Shown here piece by piece: positions 1-8,456 of a DNA stretch of 32,000 nt. Positions within the stretch are counted from its first letter, which is position 1, and each line of letters opens with the position of its first letter. The notes beneath the pieces are model-generated. The model saw nothing but the letters and a program-made list of their open reading frames with translations, made no database searches and was not told the origin of the DNA. Both the position numbers and the translations under genes were made by a program. Source of the stretch: Prochlorococcus marinus subsp. pastoris str. CCMP1986 (lineage in GTDB: Bacteria; Cyanobacteriota; Cyanobacteriia; PCC-6307; Cyanobiaceae); assembly GCF_000011465.1 (NCBI RefSeq), contig NC_005072.1:1530001-1562000 (forward strand), written 5' to 3'.

Positions 1-227
1 TGATTTAATTCTGTATGAGCAGAGGGTGGTATTAATAAATGGAAACCAGATGCTCCTATAACAACTCCTGCTAATAGCTCTCCAACAATTGTAGGTAAAC
101 TTAGTCTGACTAATACTTCCGCTAATGCTCTAGCAGCTAAAAATATCAATAGAAATCTAATTACTCCGATGAGCGTCTCAGCAACTTCTAAATCATGTGC
201 ACTTAATTCAGCAACTAAAGGATACAT
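1..227 (-). CDS. Cation:proton antiporter (CPA2/Kef-type Na+/H+ exchanger), N-terminal fragment running off the left edge
   Basis: Hand translation of the minus strand from ATG at 227..225 gives MYPLVAELSAHDLEVAETLIGVIRFLLIFLAARALAEVLVRLSLPTIVGELLAGVVIGASGFHLLIPPSAHTELN with no stop before position 1. The hydrophobic LPxIVGELLAGVxIG segment is typical of the first TM region of CPA2 exchangers. It is missing from the ORF track because it is truncated. Confidence 0.6.
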   Translation of the reverse strand, partial: MYPLVAELSAHDLEVAETLIGVIRFLLIFLAARALAEVLVRLSLPTIVGELLAGVVIGASGFHLLIPPSAHTELN

Positions 228-380
228 TTTAAATGCGAGAAAAATTAAACTATCTAATTGGAAGATAGTTTATGGAGGGCCCACTTTACCAAGTATGTAA
301 AAAAAAGCAAAAATACTCAACAAGTGTGGATCTGAAGTTACAACAAAGAATTTATAAAAAAACTGGCTAATGTCATATAT

Positions 381-2927
381 ATGTCAAATCTAATGAACTC
401 CAACGAACCCTTTGATCTACGCTTGCCTACTCCAGGCTGCTATTTAGATCCTGAGAAAGCTGGCATGGATTCTGATGCGCTCTTCAAAGGAATGACAGAG
501 CACTTATTCTTTACTCTTGGCAAATTAGCAACTTCCGCTAGTCCTCATGACTTGTATATGGCGCTGAGTTACGCGGTAAAAGATAGATTAATGACAAGAT
601 ATTTAGCCAGTCAAGAAGTAATAAGAAAAAAACCTCAAAAAACAGTCGCTTACTTATCAGCAGAATTTTTAATCGGCCCACAATTAAGTAATAATTTACT
701 AAATCTTGGCATAACAAAAGAAGCAGAAGATGCCTTAAAAAGGTTTGGAATTGAATCACTATCAACGATTCTTGAAGTTGAAGAAGAGCCAGGCCTTGGT
801 AATGGTGGTCTTGGAAGACTTGCAGCTTGTTATATGGAGTCTTTAGCTTCCTTACAAGTTCCTGCAGTTGGTTATGGTATTAGATATGAATTCGGAATAT
901 TTAACCAGTTAATACGAGATGGTTGGCAAGTTGAGGTTACTGATAAATGGCTCAAAGGTGGTTGGCCATGGGAATTACCTCAACCTGATGAATCATGTTT
1001 TGTTGGTTTTGGAGGACGAACTGAAAGTTATAGAGACGATAAAGGTAAATATCGATCAAGATGGGTTCCCTCAGAACATGCAATTGGTGTTCCTCATGAT
1101 GTTCCAGTATTAGGCTACAGAGTAAATACCTGTGACAGATTAAGATTATGGAGAGCTGATGCAACAGAGAGTTTTGATTTTTATGCTTTCAATATTGGTG
1201 ATTATTATGGTGCGGTAGAAGAAAAAGTTGCCTCTGAAACTCTATCTAAAGTCCTTTATCCAAATGATGGAACTGATGAAGGGAGAAGATTAAGGCTCAA
1301 ACAACAACACTTCTTTGTCAGTTGTTCTCTCCAAGATATGTTGAGAAGTCTGGAAAAAAGATCTATCCCAGTAACAGAATTTGCAAATCATTGGACTGTT
1401 CAATTAAATGATACTCATCCAGCAATTGCTGTTGCCGAGTTAATGCGTCTGTTAATTGATCAGTATCAAATAGGTTGGGACAAAGCATGGAATATAACTA
1501 CTTCATCAGTAGCATATACAAACCATACATTGCTTCCTGAAGCATTGGAGAAATGGGATTTAAGTCTATTTAGTGATTTACTTCCCCGTCATTTAGAAAT
1601 TATTTATGAAATAAATTGGAGGTTCTTACAACAATTAAGACTTCGTTACCCAGGTGATGACAAGATTCTTCAAAAGCTTTCTATTATTGATGAAGAAGGT
1701 TCCAAGTCAGTGAGAATGGCACATTTAGCTACTATCGGAGCTCATCATATTAATGGTGTTGCTGCACTTCACTCTGACCTAATAAAAAGACAACTTCTCC
1801 CAGAGTTTGCAGAACTATGGCCTGAAAAATTTACTAATGTAACTAACGGAGTAACTCCTAGAAGATGGGTTGCATTAGCAAATCCATCTTTATCTAATTT
1901 GTTAGAAAAAGAAGTTGGTCCAGATTGGATTACGAATATGGAACTACTTAAAAAATTAGAAAATAAGAAAGATGATGCAAATTTTCTTCAAGAATTTGAG
2001 GAAACTAAATTGCGTGGAAAACGAAAGCTAGCAAGTTTTATTCATACAAAAACAGGAATACTTGTTGATCCATCAAGTCTTTTTGACGTCCAAGTTAAAA
2101 GGATCCATCAATATAAAAGACAACATTTAAACGCTCTGCAAATTATTGCTCAGTATCTAAGAATCAAAAATGGTACAAGTAACTATAAAGCTCCGAGGAC
2201 AGTTATTTTTGGAGGAAAGGCTGCTCCAGGTTACTTTATGGCTAAATTAATTATCAGGTTTATTAATGGCATCGCTGATGTAGTTAATTCAGATCCTGAT
2301 ATGGAAGGACTTTTAAGAGTAGTTTTCTTACCTGACTATAATGTCAAACTTGGTGAAATAGTTTATCCAGCAACAGACCTTTCTGAGCAAATTTCAACTG
2401 CTGGTAAAGAAGCATCAGGAACAGGAAATATGAAATTTGCAATGAATGGAGCTTTAACTATAGGAACTCTTGACGGAGCAAATGTAGAGTTAAGAGATCT
2501 TGTTAAAAAAGAAAATTTCTTCCTTTTCGGAAAGACTGAAAGTGAAATAATGCATTTAAAAAATAATAGTTATTCTCCCAAGACTTTCATTGAAAAATGT
2601 CCTGAGTTACAAGAAGTAATTCGTTTAATCGAAATTGGCCATTTTAGTAATGGAGATAAAGAATTATTCAAACCTTTATTAAATAGTTTGACTGGAAATG
2701 ATCCATTTTTCGTAATGGCTGATTTCGAAGACTATTTAAACAAGCAAGATGAAGTAAGTAACTTCTGGAATAATAAAAAAGCGTGGAATAAAATGGCTCT
2801 ACTAAATACTGCAAGATCAGGATATTTTTCTTCAGACAGATCTATAAGAGAATATTGCGAATCGATTTGGAAAGTTTCACCTATGCCAGTAGAAATTACA
2901 TGTGATATTGAAGAAATAACTACTTAA
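381..2927 (+). CDS. glgP: Glycogen/alpha-glucan phosphorylase
   Basis: 848-aa ORF with hallmark phosphorylase motifs: EEPGLGNGGLGRLAAC, TNHTLLPEALE, and the PLP-lysine region SEQISTAGKEASGTGNMKFAMNGALTIGTLDGANVE. Confidence 0.95.
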   Translation: MSNLMNSNEPFDLRLPTPGCYLDPEKAGMDSDALFKGMTEHLFFTLGKLATSASPHDLYMALSYAVKDRLMTRYLASQEVIRKKPQKTVAYLSAEFLIGPQLSNNLLNLGITKEAEDALKRFGIESLSTILEVEEEPGLGNGGLGRLAACYMESLASLQVPAVGYGIRYEFGIFNQLIRDGWQVEVTDKWLKGGWPWELPQPDESCFVGFGGRTESYRDDKGKYRSRWVPSEHAIGVPHDVPVLGYRVNTCDRLRLWRADATESFDFYAFNIGDYYGAVEEKVASETLSKVLYPNDGTDEGRRLRLKQQHFFVSCSLQDMLRSLEKRSIPVTEFANHWTVQLNDTHPAIAVAELMRLLIDQYQIGWDKAWNITTSSVAYTNHTLLPEALEKWDLSLFSDLLPRHLEIIYEINWRFLQQLRLRYPGDDKILQKLSIIDEEGSKSVRMAHLATIGAHHINGVAALHSDLIKRQLLPEFAELWPEKFTNVTNGVTPRRWVALANPSLSNLLEKEVGPDWITNMELLKKLENKKDDANFLQEFEETKLRGKRKLASFIHTKTGILVDPSSLFDVQVKRIHQYKRQHLNALQIIAQYLRIKNGTSNYKAPRTVIFGGKAAPGYFMAKLIIRFINGIADVVNSDPDMEGLLRVVFLPDYNVKLGEIVYPATDLSEQISTAGKEASGTGNMKFAMNGALTIGTLDGANVELRDLVKKENFFLFGKTESEIMHLKNNSYSPKTFIEKCPELQEVIRLIEIGHFSNGDKELFKPLLNSLTGNDPFFVMADFEDYLNKQDEVSNFWNNKKAWNKMALLNTARSGYFSSDRSIREYCESIWKVSPMPVEITCDIEEITT

Positions 2928-3037
2928 AGTTATTCTTATAAGGTAAACTTGGTATTTGAATAAATAATCAATTCAATATTAATTTATCAATATTTAGTAG
3001 ATCAGGAGCAAATTTTTGAAATTTATTTAAATTCTAG

Positions 3038-3397
3038 TCACACATTTTTAGCAACTTTAATATCAAAAATTTTCTCCATTAAAGCTTCAATAGAGTATGA
3101 ATAAGCATTTACATTTTCAAGTTCTTCTATTGCATCTATAAATTCTATATCAGAAATATGTTTATTATTTTCAAAAGATTTATTATAAAAATCCTTATCA
3201 GATAATTGATTATATAATATTTCTATACCTTTGCTGCAAAGAGTAATAGAAGAATGGATAGAAGCCCAGTTAAATTATTGTTGTTGTTTAAATGTAGGAA
3301 ATTCTCGAATAAAAGATAATGTACTTTGATAAAATTTCTGATAATCAGGGGATTGACATAGTTCTTCTTTCAAAAGAATAAATAACTCTAATTCATA
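3038..3397 (-). pseudogene. Candidate decayed ORF: a 119-codon frame interrupted by one in-frame TAA (3277..3275), with no usable start for the 78-codon distal part
   Basis: I checked each minus-strand triplet by hand. The frame is open from the TGA at 3400..3398 to the TGA at 3040..3038 except for one TAA at 3277..3275. The only upstream candidate start is TTG at 3373..3371. The translation is (L)KEELCQSPDYQKFYQSTLSFIREFPTFKQQQ*FNWASIHSSITLCSKGIEILYNQLSDKDFYNKSFENNKHISDIEFIDAIEELENVNAYSYSIEALMEKIFDIKVAKNV. A 78-codon stop-free run is unexpected in DNA this AT-rich. Confidence 0.3.
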
Positions 3398-3405
3398 TCA
3401 ATGCA

Positions 3406-3738
3406 TTATTTAGGCACAATTGTAGGCCCATCAAATAATTCGTCATTTTCATCGAGAGAGTCTGGACTATCAGGTAAAGGAATTTCAATACTAGTCACCA
3501 AATTAATAACATCTCTTAATCTCATTGAATCTGCAAACCATCCCATTGCTTGTTCAGCATCTCCTCTCTTTTCAGCATCATTTGCTTGATCTTCATGAGC
3601 TTCTGCTAATAAAGAAAGCCAACAAAGGCATCTTGCTTGAACTATTGACAGATCTAGATCATTAGGTTGAGATTTAGAAATACGCTCATGCTCTTGCTGA
3701 ATTAAGAGTTTTAAACGCATATCGTGCAGCTTAGCCAT
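3406..3738 (-). CDS. Hypothetical acidic protein (110 aa), function unknown
   Basis: ORF from the track. It has clean ATG and stop codons, is noticeably less AT-rich than its surroundings, and fills the gap beside the tRNA. I recognise no domain. Confidence 0.55.
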   Translation of the reverse strand: MAKLHDMRLKLLIQQEHERISKSQPNDLDLSIVQARCLCWLSLLAEAHEDQANDAEKRGDAEQAMGWFADSMRLRDVINLVTSIEIPLPDSPDSLDENDELFDGPTIVPK

Positions 3739-3817
3739 AAAAGCTTAATTACTAATTACACGCTAGCTAGAGAGTGGTAAATATGCACGCATACTACATA
3801 TAGTTTATCAACTGAAA

Positions 3818-3891
<74 letters not shown>

Positions 3892-3929
3892 AAGAGATGT
3901 TTTTTGGGTAAATAAGCATTATGCTAAAT

Positions 3930-4305
3930 GAAAGCAGGAGAGGCAATCGCAAAAATGTTTTATTTTGTTTTGAAAATAAATCTTTTTGAGGAAAGTCCGG
4001 GCTCCCATATGGTCAGGCTTGCTGGGTAATTCCCAGTGCGGGTAACCGTGAGGATAGTGCCACAGAAACATACCGCCTAATACTTTATGTATGGCAAGGG
4101 TGCAAGGGTGCGGTAAGAGCGCACCAGCAACATTGAGAAGTGTTGGCTAGGTAAACCCCGGCTGGGTGCAAGGCTAAGTAGATTTATGACCATTAAAAAA
4201 TCTACTTTTAAGCGCCGCTTGAGGCTGTGAAGTAATTCCAGTCCTAGATAGATGATTGCCCATCTTATTAAGATGAACAGAACCCGGCTTATGACCTGCT
4301 TTCTA
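3930..4305 (+). ncRNA. rnpB: RNase P RNA (bacterial type A)
   Basis: The universally conserved P4 strands are present: GAGGAAAGTCCGGGCTCC (from 3988) and ACAGAACCCGGCTTA (4277-4291). P1 pairs GAAAGCAGG (3930-3938) with CCTGCTTTC (4295-4303). An AT-rich P3 hairpin is TTTATTTT/AAAATAAA. The conserved core segments AGGGTGCGGTAAGAGCGCACC and GGTAAACCCCGGCT are also there. Ends are approximate to within a few nt. Confidence 0.92.
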
Positions 4306-4328
4306 CTTAATGAAAAAACTTAATTTAT

Positions 4329-5078
4329 ATGGACACCTTAATTGATGACAAAAGACTTGAACAAATTATTAAGTTTTTAAATTCGCTTGAAATAAACTCA
4401 AAAAGATTTATCAAAATTATCAACGAAAAAGATAAATTAATACTTCATACTTTCAATGAAGCATTAACACATTCCTCCGCAAACAATATAGTTAATTATG
4501 AAAAATTGGAATTCTTTGGGGATGCTGTTCTCAGATTATCAGCATCAGATTTTATTGAGAGAACATATAAAAGCATGAGTGTAGGTTCTAGATCAGAACT
4601 AAGATCTCAAATAGTAAGTGATGAATGGTTAACTGAATTAGGTAAAAAAATATTTATAGAAAAAGTAATAATAAAAGGACCAAAAGCAATGGGTGATGAG
4701 AATTCAAAAGATACCATAATTGCTGAAACTAGTGAAGCATTAATAGGCGCAATATATAAGTGTTTTAATTCAATAAATGAAGTCAATATTTGGTTAGATA
4801 ATTTCTGGAAAAAAGATGCCGAATTATATTTACAAGCACCACATAAATATAATGCCAAGTCAGCTTTACAAGAATGGTGTCAAAGCCAAGGATTTGATTT
4901 ACCTATTTATAAAATATATGAAGTATCAAAAAATCACGGAGACCCGAAAAGATTCTCTTGTGAAATATACATAAATGGATCTAAAAAAGCTTTCAGCTTT
5001 GGGCATTCTCATAAAAAAGCTGAAAAAAATGCTGCAAGTATTCTGATACAAAAGATTTTCCAGAAAAAGAAAAATTAA
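4329..5078 (+). CDS. rnc: Ribonuclease III
   Basis: 249-aa ORF with the RNase III signature NEALTHSSA...YEKLEFFGDAVL, the catalytic region AETSEALIGAIY, and a C-terminal dsRBD (AKSALQEWCQ...HKKAEKNAA). Confidence 0.9.
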   Translation: MDTLIDDKRLEQIIKFLNSLEINSKRFIKIINEKDKLILHTFNEALTHSSANNIVNYEKLEFFGDAVLRLSASDFIERTYKSMSVGSRSELRSQIVSDEWLTELGKKIFIEKVIIKGPKAMGDENSKDTIIAETSEALIGAIYKCFNSINEVNIWLDNFWKKDAELYLQAPHKYNAKSALQEWCQSQGFDLPIYKIYEVSKNHGDPKRFSCEIYINGSKKAFSFGHSHKKAEKNAASILIQKIFQKKKN

Positions 5079-5082
5079 TTAT

Positions 5083-5268
5083 TCAAACAAGTTCCAAATT
5101 ATTTAATTGAAATGTTACTAACTTATCCCAATTACCTCCCTCAAAAAGAACAGCTGCCGTTTTATTAGTTACTCTTTGTACAAATCCTTTATAACCTCTA
5201 TAAATAGAATTAACATCTTTAACAACTACTATAGAACCGGGGAGTATTGGTTTATTCGAAAATTCCAT
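5083..5268 (-). CDS. ndhS: NDH-1 subunit S (NdhS/CRR31-like, SH3-fold ferredoxin-docking subunit)
   Basis: 61-aa ORF. ILPGSIVVVKDVNSIYRGYKGFVQRVTNKTAAVLFEGGNWDKLVTFQLNNLE matches the cyanobacterial NdhS pattern as I remember it (xLFEGGNWDKLVTF). This is recognition from memory, not a search. Confidence 0.65.
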   Translation of the reverse strand: MEFSNKPILPGSIVVVKDVNSIYRGYKGFVQRVTNKTAAVLFEGGNWDKLVTFQLNNLELV

Positions 5269-5290
5269 AGAAATAAATTACATATAAACT

Positions 5291-5830
5291 ATGATAAATC
5301 ATAATGAGTGGTTAATTGTTGGCTTAATAACATCTCCTCAAGGCATTAATGGAAAAATCAAGATTAAGTCTCTAAGTGATTTTGAAGAAAGATTTACGAA
5401 GCCTGGTAAAAGATGGATACAAAAAGGCAACGAGACTCCTATAGAATTCGAGCTTACGCATGGTTTTAAAAAACCAGGTAAAGAATCATTCATAATTACA
5501 TTTAAAGGGATAAATAATAGAACTCAAGCAGAAAATTTAAAGGGACAAAAAATCCTCGTGAAAGTTGATGCAATTCCAAAATTGAGTCATGGAGAATATC
5601 ACTTAACCGAACTAATAAATTTAAATGTCAAAATTTCAGAAAATAACCAATTACACATAATTGGAAAAGTTATTAACTTATCTAACGAGAAAAATAATTT
5701 ACTTGTAATTCAACTTTTGAAAAATAATAAAGAGGTTCTTATACCATTTGTTAAAGAAATAGTTCCAATAGTAGATATTAAAAAAAATTTTATATTACTT
5801 ACTCCTCCTTCAGGTCTGTTAGAGTTATAA
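5291..5830 (+). CDS. rimM: 16S rRNA processing protein RimM
   Basis: 179-aa ORF. The N-terminal [25 protein letters not shown] is the RimM beta-barrel motif, and a C-terminal PRC-barrel-like region ([29 protein letters not shown]) follows. Confidence 0.85.
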   Translation: MINHNEWLIVGLITSPQGINGKIKIKSLSDFEERFTKPGKRWIQKGNETPIEFELTHGFKKPGKESFIITFKGINNRTQAENLKGQKILVKVDAIPKLSHGEYHLTELINLNVKISENNQLHIIGKVINLSNEKNNLLVIQLLKNNKEVLIPFVKEIVPIVDIKKNFILLTPPSGLLEL

Positions 5831-5850
5831 ACTTCCCTTTTTTTAAATGT

Positions 5851-7746
5851 TTACTCTACTGTTACGCTTTTAGCTAGATTCCTTGGTTGATCAACATCAA
5901 GTCCTCTATGAGAAGCAATGTGATAACTCAATAATTGAAGAGGAACAATCGCAAGAAGAGGTGAAATCCATTCATTTGTTGAAGGTATGGTCATTAAATA
6001 ATCAAATATTTCAGTCCCATTACATTGAGGGGCAACACCAATTAAATAAGCATCTCTCGCTTTTGCTTCTTGAGCATTACTAATTACCTTATCAAAGACT
6101 TGCCCTGGAGTAGCTATTGAAATTACAGGTACTTTTTTATCAAGTAAAGCTATTGGCCCATGCTTCATTTCCCCAGCAGGATAACCTGCAGCATTAATAT
6201 AACTAATTTCCTTCAACTTCAGAGCTCCCTCAAGAGCAATGGGATAATTTATTCCTCTTCCTAAAAAAATAACATCTTTAATATTAAAAAAATCATGTGC
6301 AAGTTTTTCAGAAGATTCATTATGTTTTTCCAAAAGTTCTTCAACTAATCCAGGTAATTTAGTTAATTCTAAAACTAATTGATTAATATTTTCATTACTT
6401 TGACTTCCTTTAATTTGAGCGAATTTTATAGCTAATCCATAAAAAGAAAGAAGTTGCGCAAAGAAAGTTTTTGTAGCAGCAACACCAATTTCAATTCCAG
6501 CACTAATATCAATAATATTTGGTATTTGTCTACCAATTGAGCTTTCCACTCTGTTCGTAATAGCAATTAAATTTGGTTTAAAGCTTCTATCTCCTATTGA
6601 AGATCTCCTCTTAATTTCCATACTTATAGCCGCAATAGTATCGGCAGTTTCACCTGACTGAGTCACTCCTATTGTTAAGGTATTACAGAGTAATGGTGGT
6701 GGGGAGTATCTAAACTCACTCGCAAAAAAAACATTTGTTGGTATGCCTGAGAATTGTTCTAATAAAAATTTACCCACCATTGCAGAATGCTTACTCGTAC
6801 CACAAGCAACAATATCTATTCTTTCAATAGAGTTTAAAAAATCTGTATCAAAGGAGTAATTAATTTGAAATTGATCAGTCTTTAAATCTTTAATTAAATA
6901 TTTTTCTAGCCAATATTTAGCTATATCAGGCTGGTCATAGATTTCCTTTAACATATAGTGTTTAAAATTTTTTTTATCACTTACTTGGTCTGCAGTTTGT
7001 AGAGAAATTGGATTTCGATATTGTCTCTCGTTATTAGAATCATAAATTTCTATTCCTAAAGGAGTCAAAAGAGCTATTTCCTCATCCTCCAAAGGTAAAA
7101 TAATTTTTGTAAAATCCGCTATTGCTGGCGTATCACTTGCACAAATAAATTCTCCTTCCCCTAATCCAATTATTAAAGGTGCCTGCTTCCTAGCAACAAC
7201 TAATGCTTCAGGTGCACCTGACCATAATACTGCTAATGCATATGATCCTTCTAAATCGGAGATTACGTTTCTTAATGCTACTAATAAAGTTGAACCGTTA
7301 CTTTCAAGCTTTAATTGCCTTAAAGCCAATAATTCTTTTTGTATTAAGTGTGGTATGACTTCTGTATCAGTATCAGAATTAAACACAATTCCTTCTTTTT
7401 GTAATTTAATTTTTAATTCCTGATAATTTTCAATAATCCCATTTTGGACAACTGCGACCTCTCCTGAACTATCAATATGGGGATGTGCATTTTTAACCTC
7501 TGGTTTTCCGTGAGTAGCCCAACGTGTATGACCTATTCCCACAGTGCCAGGTATTTCGATATTTTTTAAGTTATTTTTTAAATTTTTAAGTTTTCCTTCC
7601 GCTTTATTACAAGATACATTCTTTGTTTCAGAGTTAATTATGGCAATACCTGCTGAATCATACCCTCTGTATTCAAGTTTTTCTAATCCATTAATAAGTA
7701 ATGGTAATGCTTTTTTATAACCGGTAACAGCAACAATTCCGCACAT
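5851..7746 (-). CDS. glmS: Glutamine--fructose-6-phosphate aminotransferase (isomerising)
   Basis: The ORF track starts at 7764, which is a TTG. The obligate Ntn-amidotransferase N-terminus M-C-G-I-V begins at the ATG at 7746..7744, so I call that the start. The protein has two SIS domains and ends ...RNLAKSVTVE, the canonical GlmS C-terminus. Confidence 0.95.
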   Translation of the reverse strand: MCGIVAVTGYKKALPLLINGLEKLEYRGYDSAGIAIINSETKNVSCNKAEGKLKNLKNNLKNIEIPGTVGIGHTRWATHGKPEVKNAHPHIDSSGEVAVVQNGIIENYQELKIKLQKEGIVFNSDTDTEVIPHLIQKELLALRQLKLESNGSTLLVALRNVISDLEGSYALAVLWSGAPEALVVARKQAPLIIGLGEGEFICASDTPAIADFTKIILPLEDEEIALLTPLGIEIYDSNNERQYRNPISLQTADQVSDKKNFKHYMLKEIYDQPDIAKYWLEKYLIKDLKTDQFQINYSFDTDFLNSIERIDIVACGTSKHSAMVGKFLLEQFSGIPTNVFFASEFRYSPPPLLCNTLTIGVTQSGETADTIAAISMEIKRRSSIGDRSFKPNLIAITNRVESSIGRQIPNIIDISAGIEIGVAATKTFFAQLLSFYGLAIKFAQIKGSQSNENINQLVLELTKLPGLVEELLEKHNESSEKLAHDFFNIKDVIFLGRGINYPIALEGALKLKEISYINAAGYPAGEMKHGPIALLDKKVPVISIATPGQVFDKVISNAQEAKARDAYLIGVAPQCNGTEIFDYLMTIPSTNEWISPLLAIVPLQLLSYHIASHRGLDVDQPRNLAKSVTVE

Positions 7747-7827
7747 ATAAATAATTTTCTTCAATTATATTGAATAAAATTAAGTATTTAATAAGACATG
7801 GACTCTCTTCCAACTGCACTATAAAAA

Positions 7828-8127
<300 letters not shown>

Positions 8128-8207
8128 TTAAAAAAATTAAGATATGCTTCACTCTTGTTAACTCTAGGGCATAAAATCAAGTAGATAATTAGTAAATTCC
8201 ATAAACT

Positions 8208-8450
8208 ATGTCACAAGAAGAAATCCTTCAAAAAGTATGCTCTATTGTTTCTGAGCAACTAAGTGTTGAATCAGCCGAAGTAAAATCTGATTCAAACTTT
8301 CAAAATGATTTAGGTGCAGACTCCCTAGACACCGTAGAGCTAGTTATGGCTCTTGAAGAAGCATTTGATATCGAGATACCTGATGAAGCAGCTGAAGGTA
8401 TCGCAACAGTAGGAGATGCTGTTAAATTCATCGAAGAAAAAAAAGGTTAA
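8208..8450 (+). CDS. acpP: Acyl carrier protein
   Basis: 80 aa with the phosphopantetheine site [17 protein letters not shown]. Confidence 0.95.
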   Translation: MSQEEILQKVCSIVSEQLSVESAEVKSDSNFQNDLGADSLDTVELVMALEEAFDIEIPDEAAEGIATVGDAVKFIEEKKG

Positions 8451-8456
8451 TTTAGA

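Noticed and set aside
272-370. A 32-codon ORF (MEGPLYQVCKKKQKYSTSVDLKLQQRIYKKTG) lies in the divergent region between the antiporter and glgP.
   Set aside because: It is short and lysine-rich simply because it reads through A-tracts, and it has no recognisable ribosome-binding context. Its position is better explained as promoter and leader DNA for the two flanking genes.
2928-3817. I considered a tRNA-linked integrated element or genomic island downstream of the 3' end of tRNA-Arg. Picocyanobacterial islands and mobile elements often target tRNA genes.
   Set aside because: No integrase or recombinase ORF is present. I found no second copy of the tRNA 3' segment (ggagggaatcgaacc or its complement) that would mark an att repeat. 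The interval is under 1 kb. Only the decayed ORF reported above is left unexplained.
7783-7796. An NtcA-like palindrome (minus strand GTC-N8-TAC) lies upstream of glmS.
   Set aside because: The half-site is imperfect (GTC rather than GTA). It also lies only about 14 nt from the TATAAT box rather than the roughly 22 nt seen in NtcA-activated promoters, so it is probably a chance match in AT-rich DNA.
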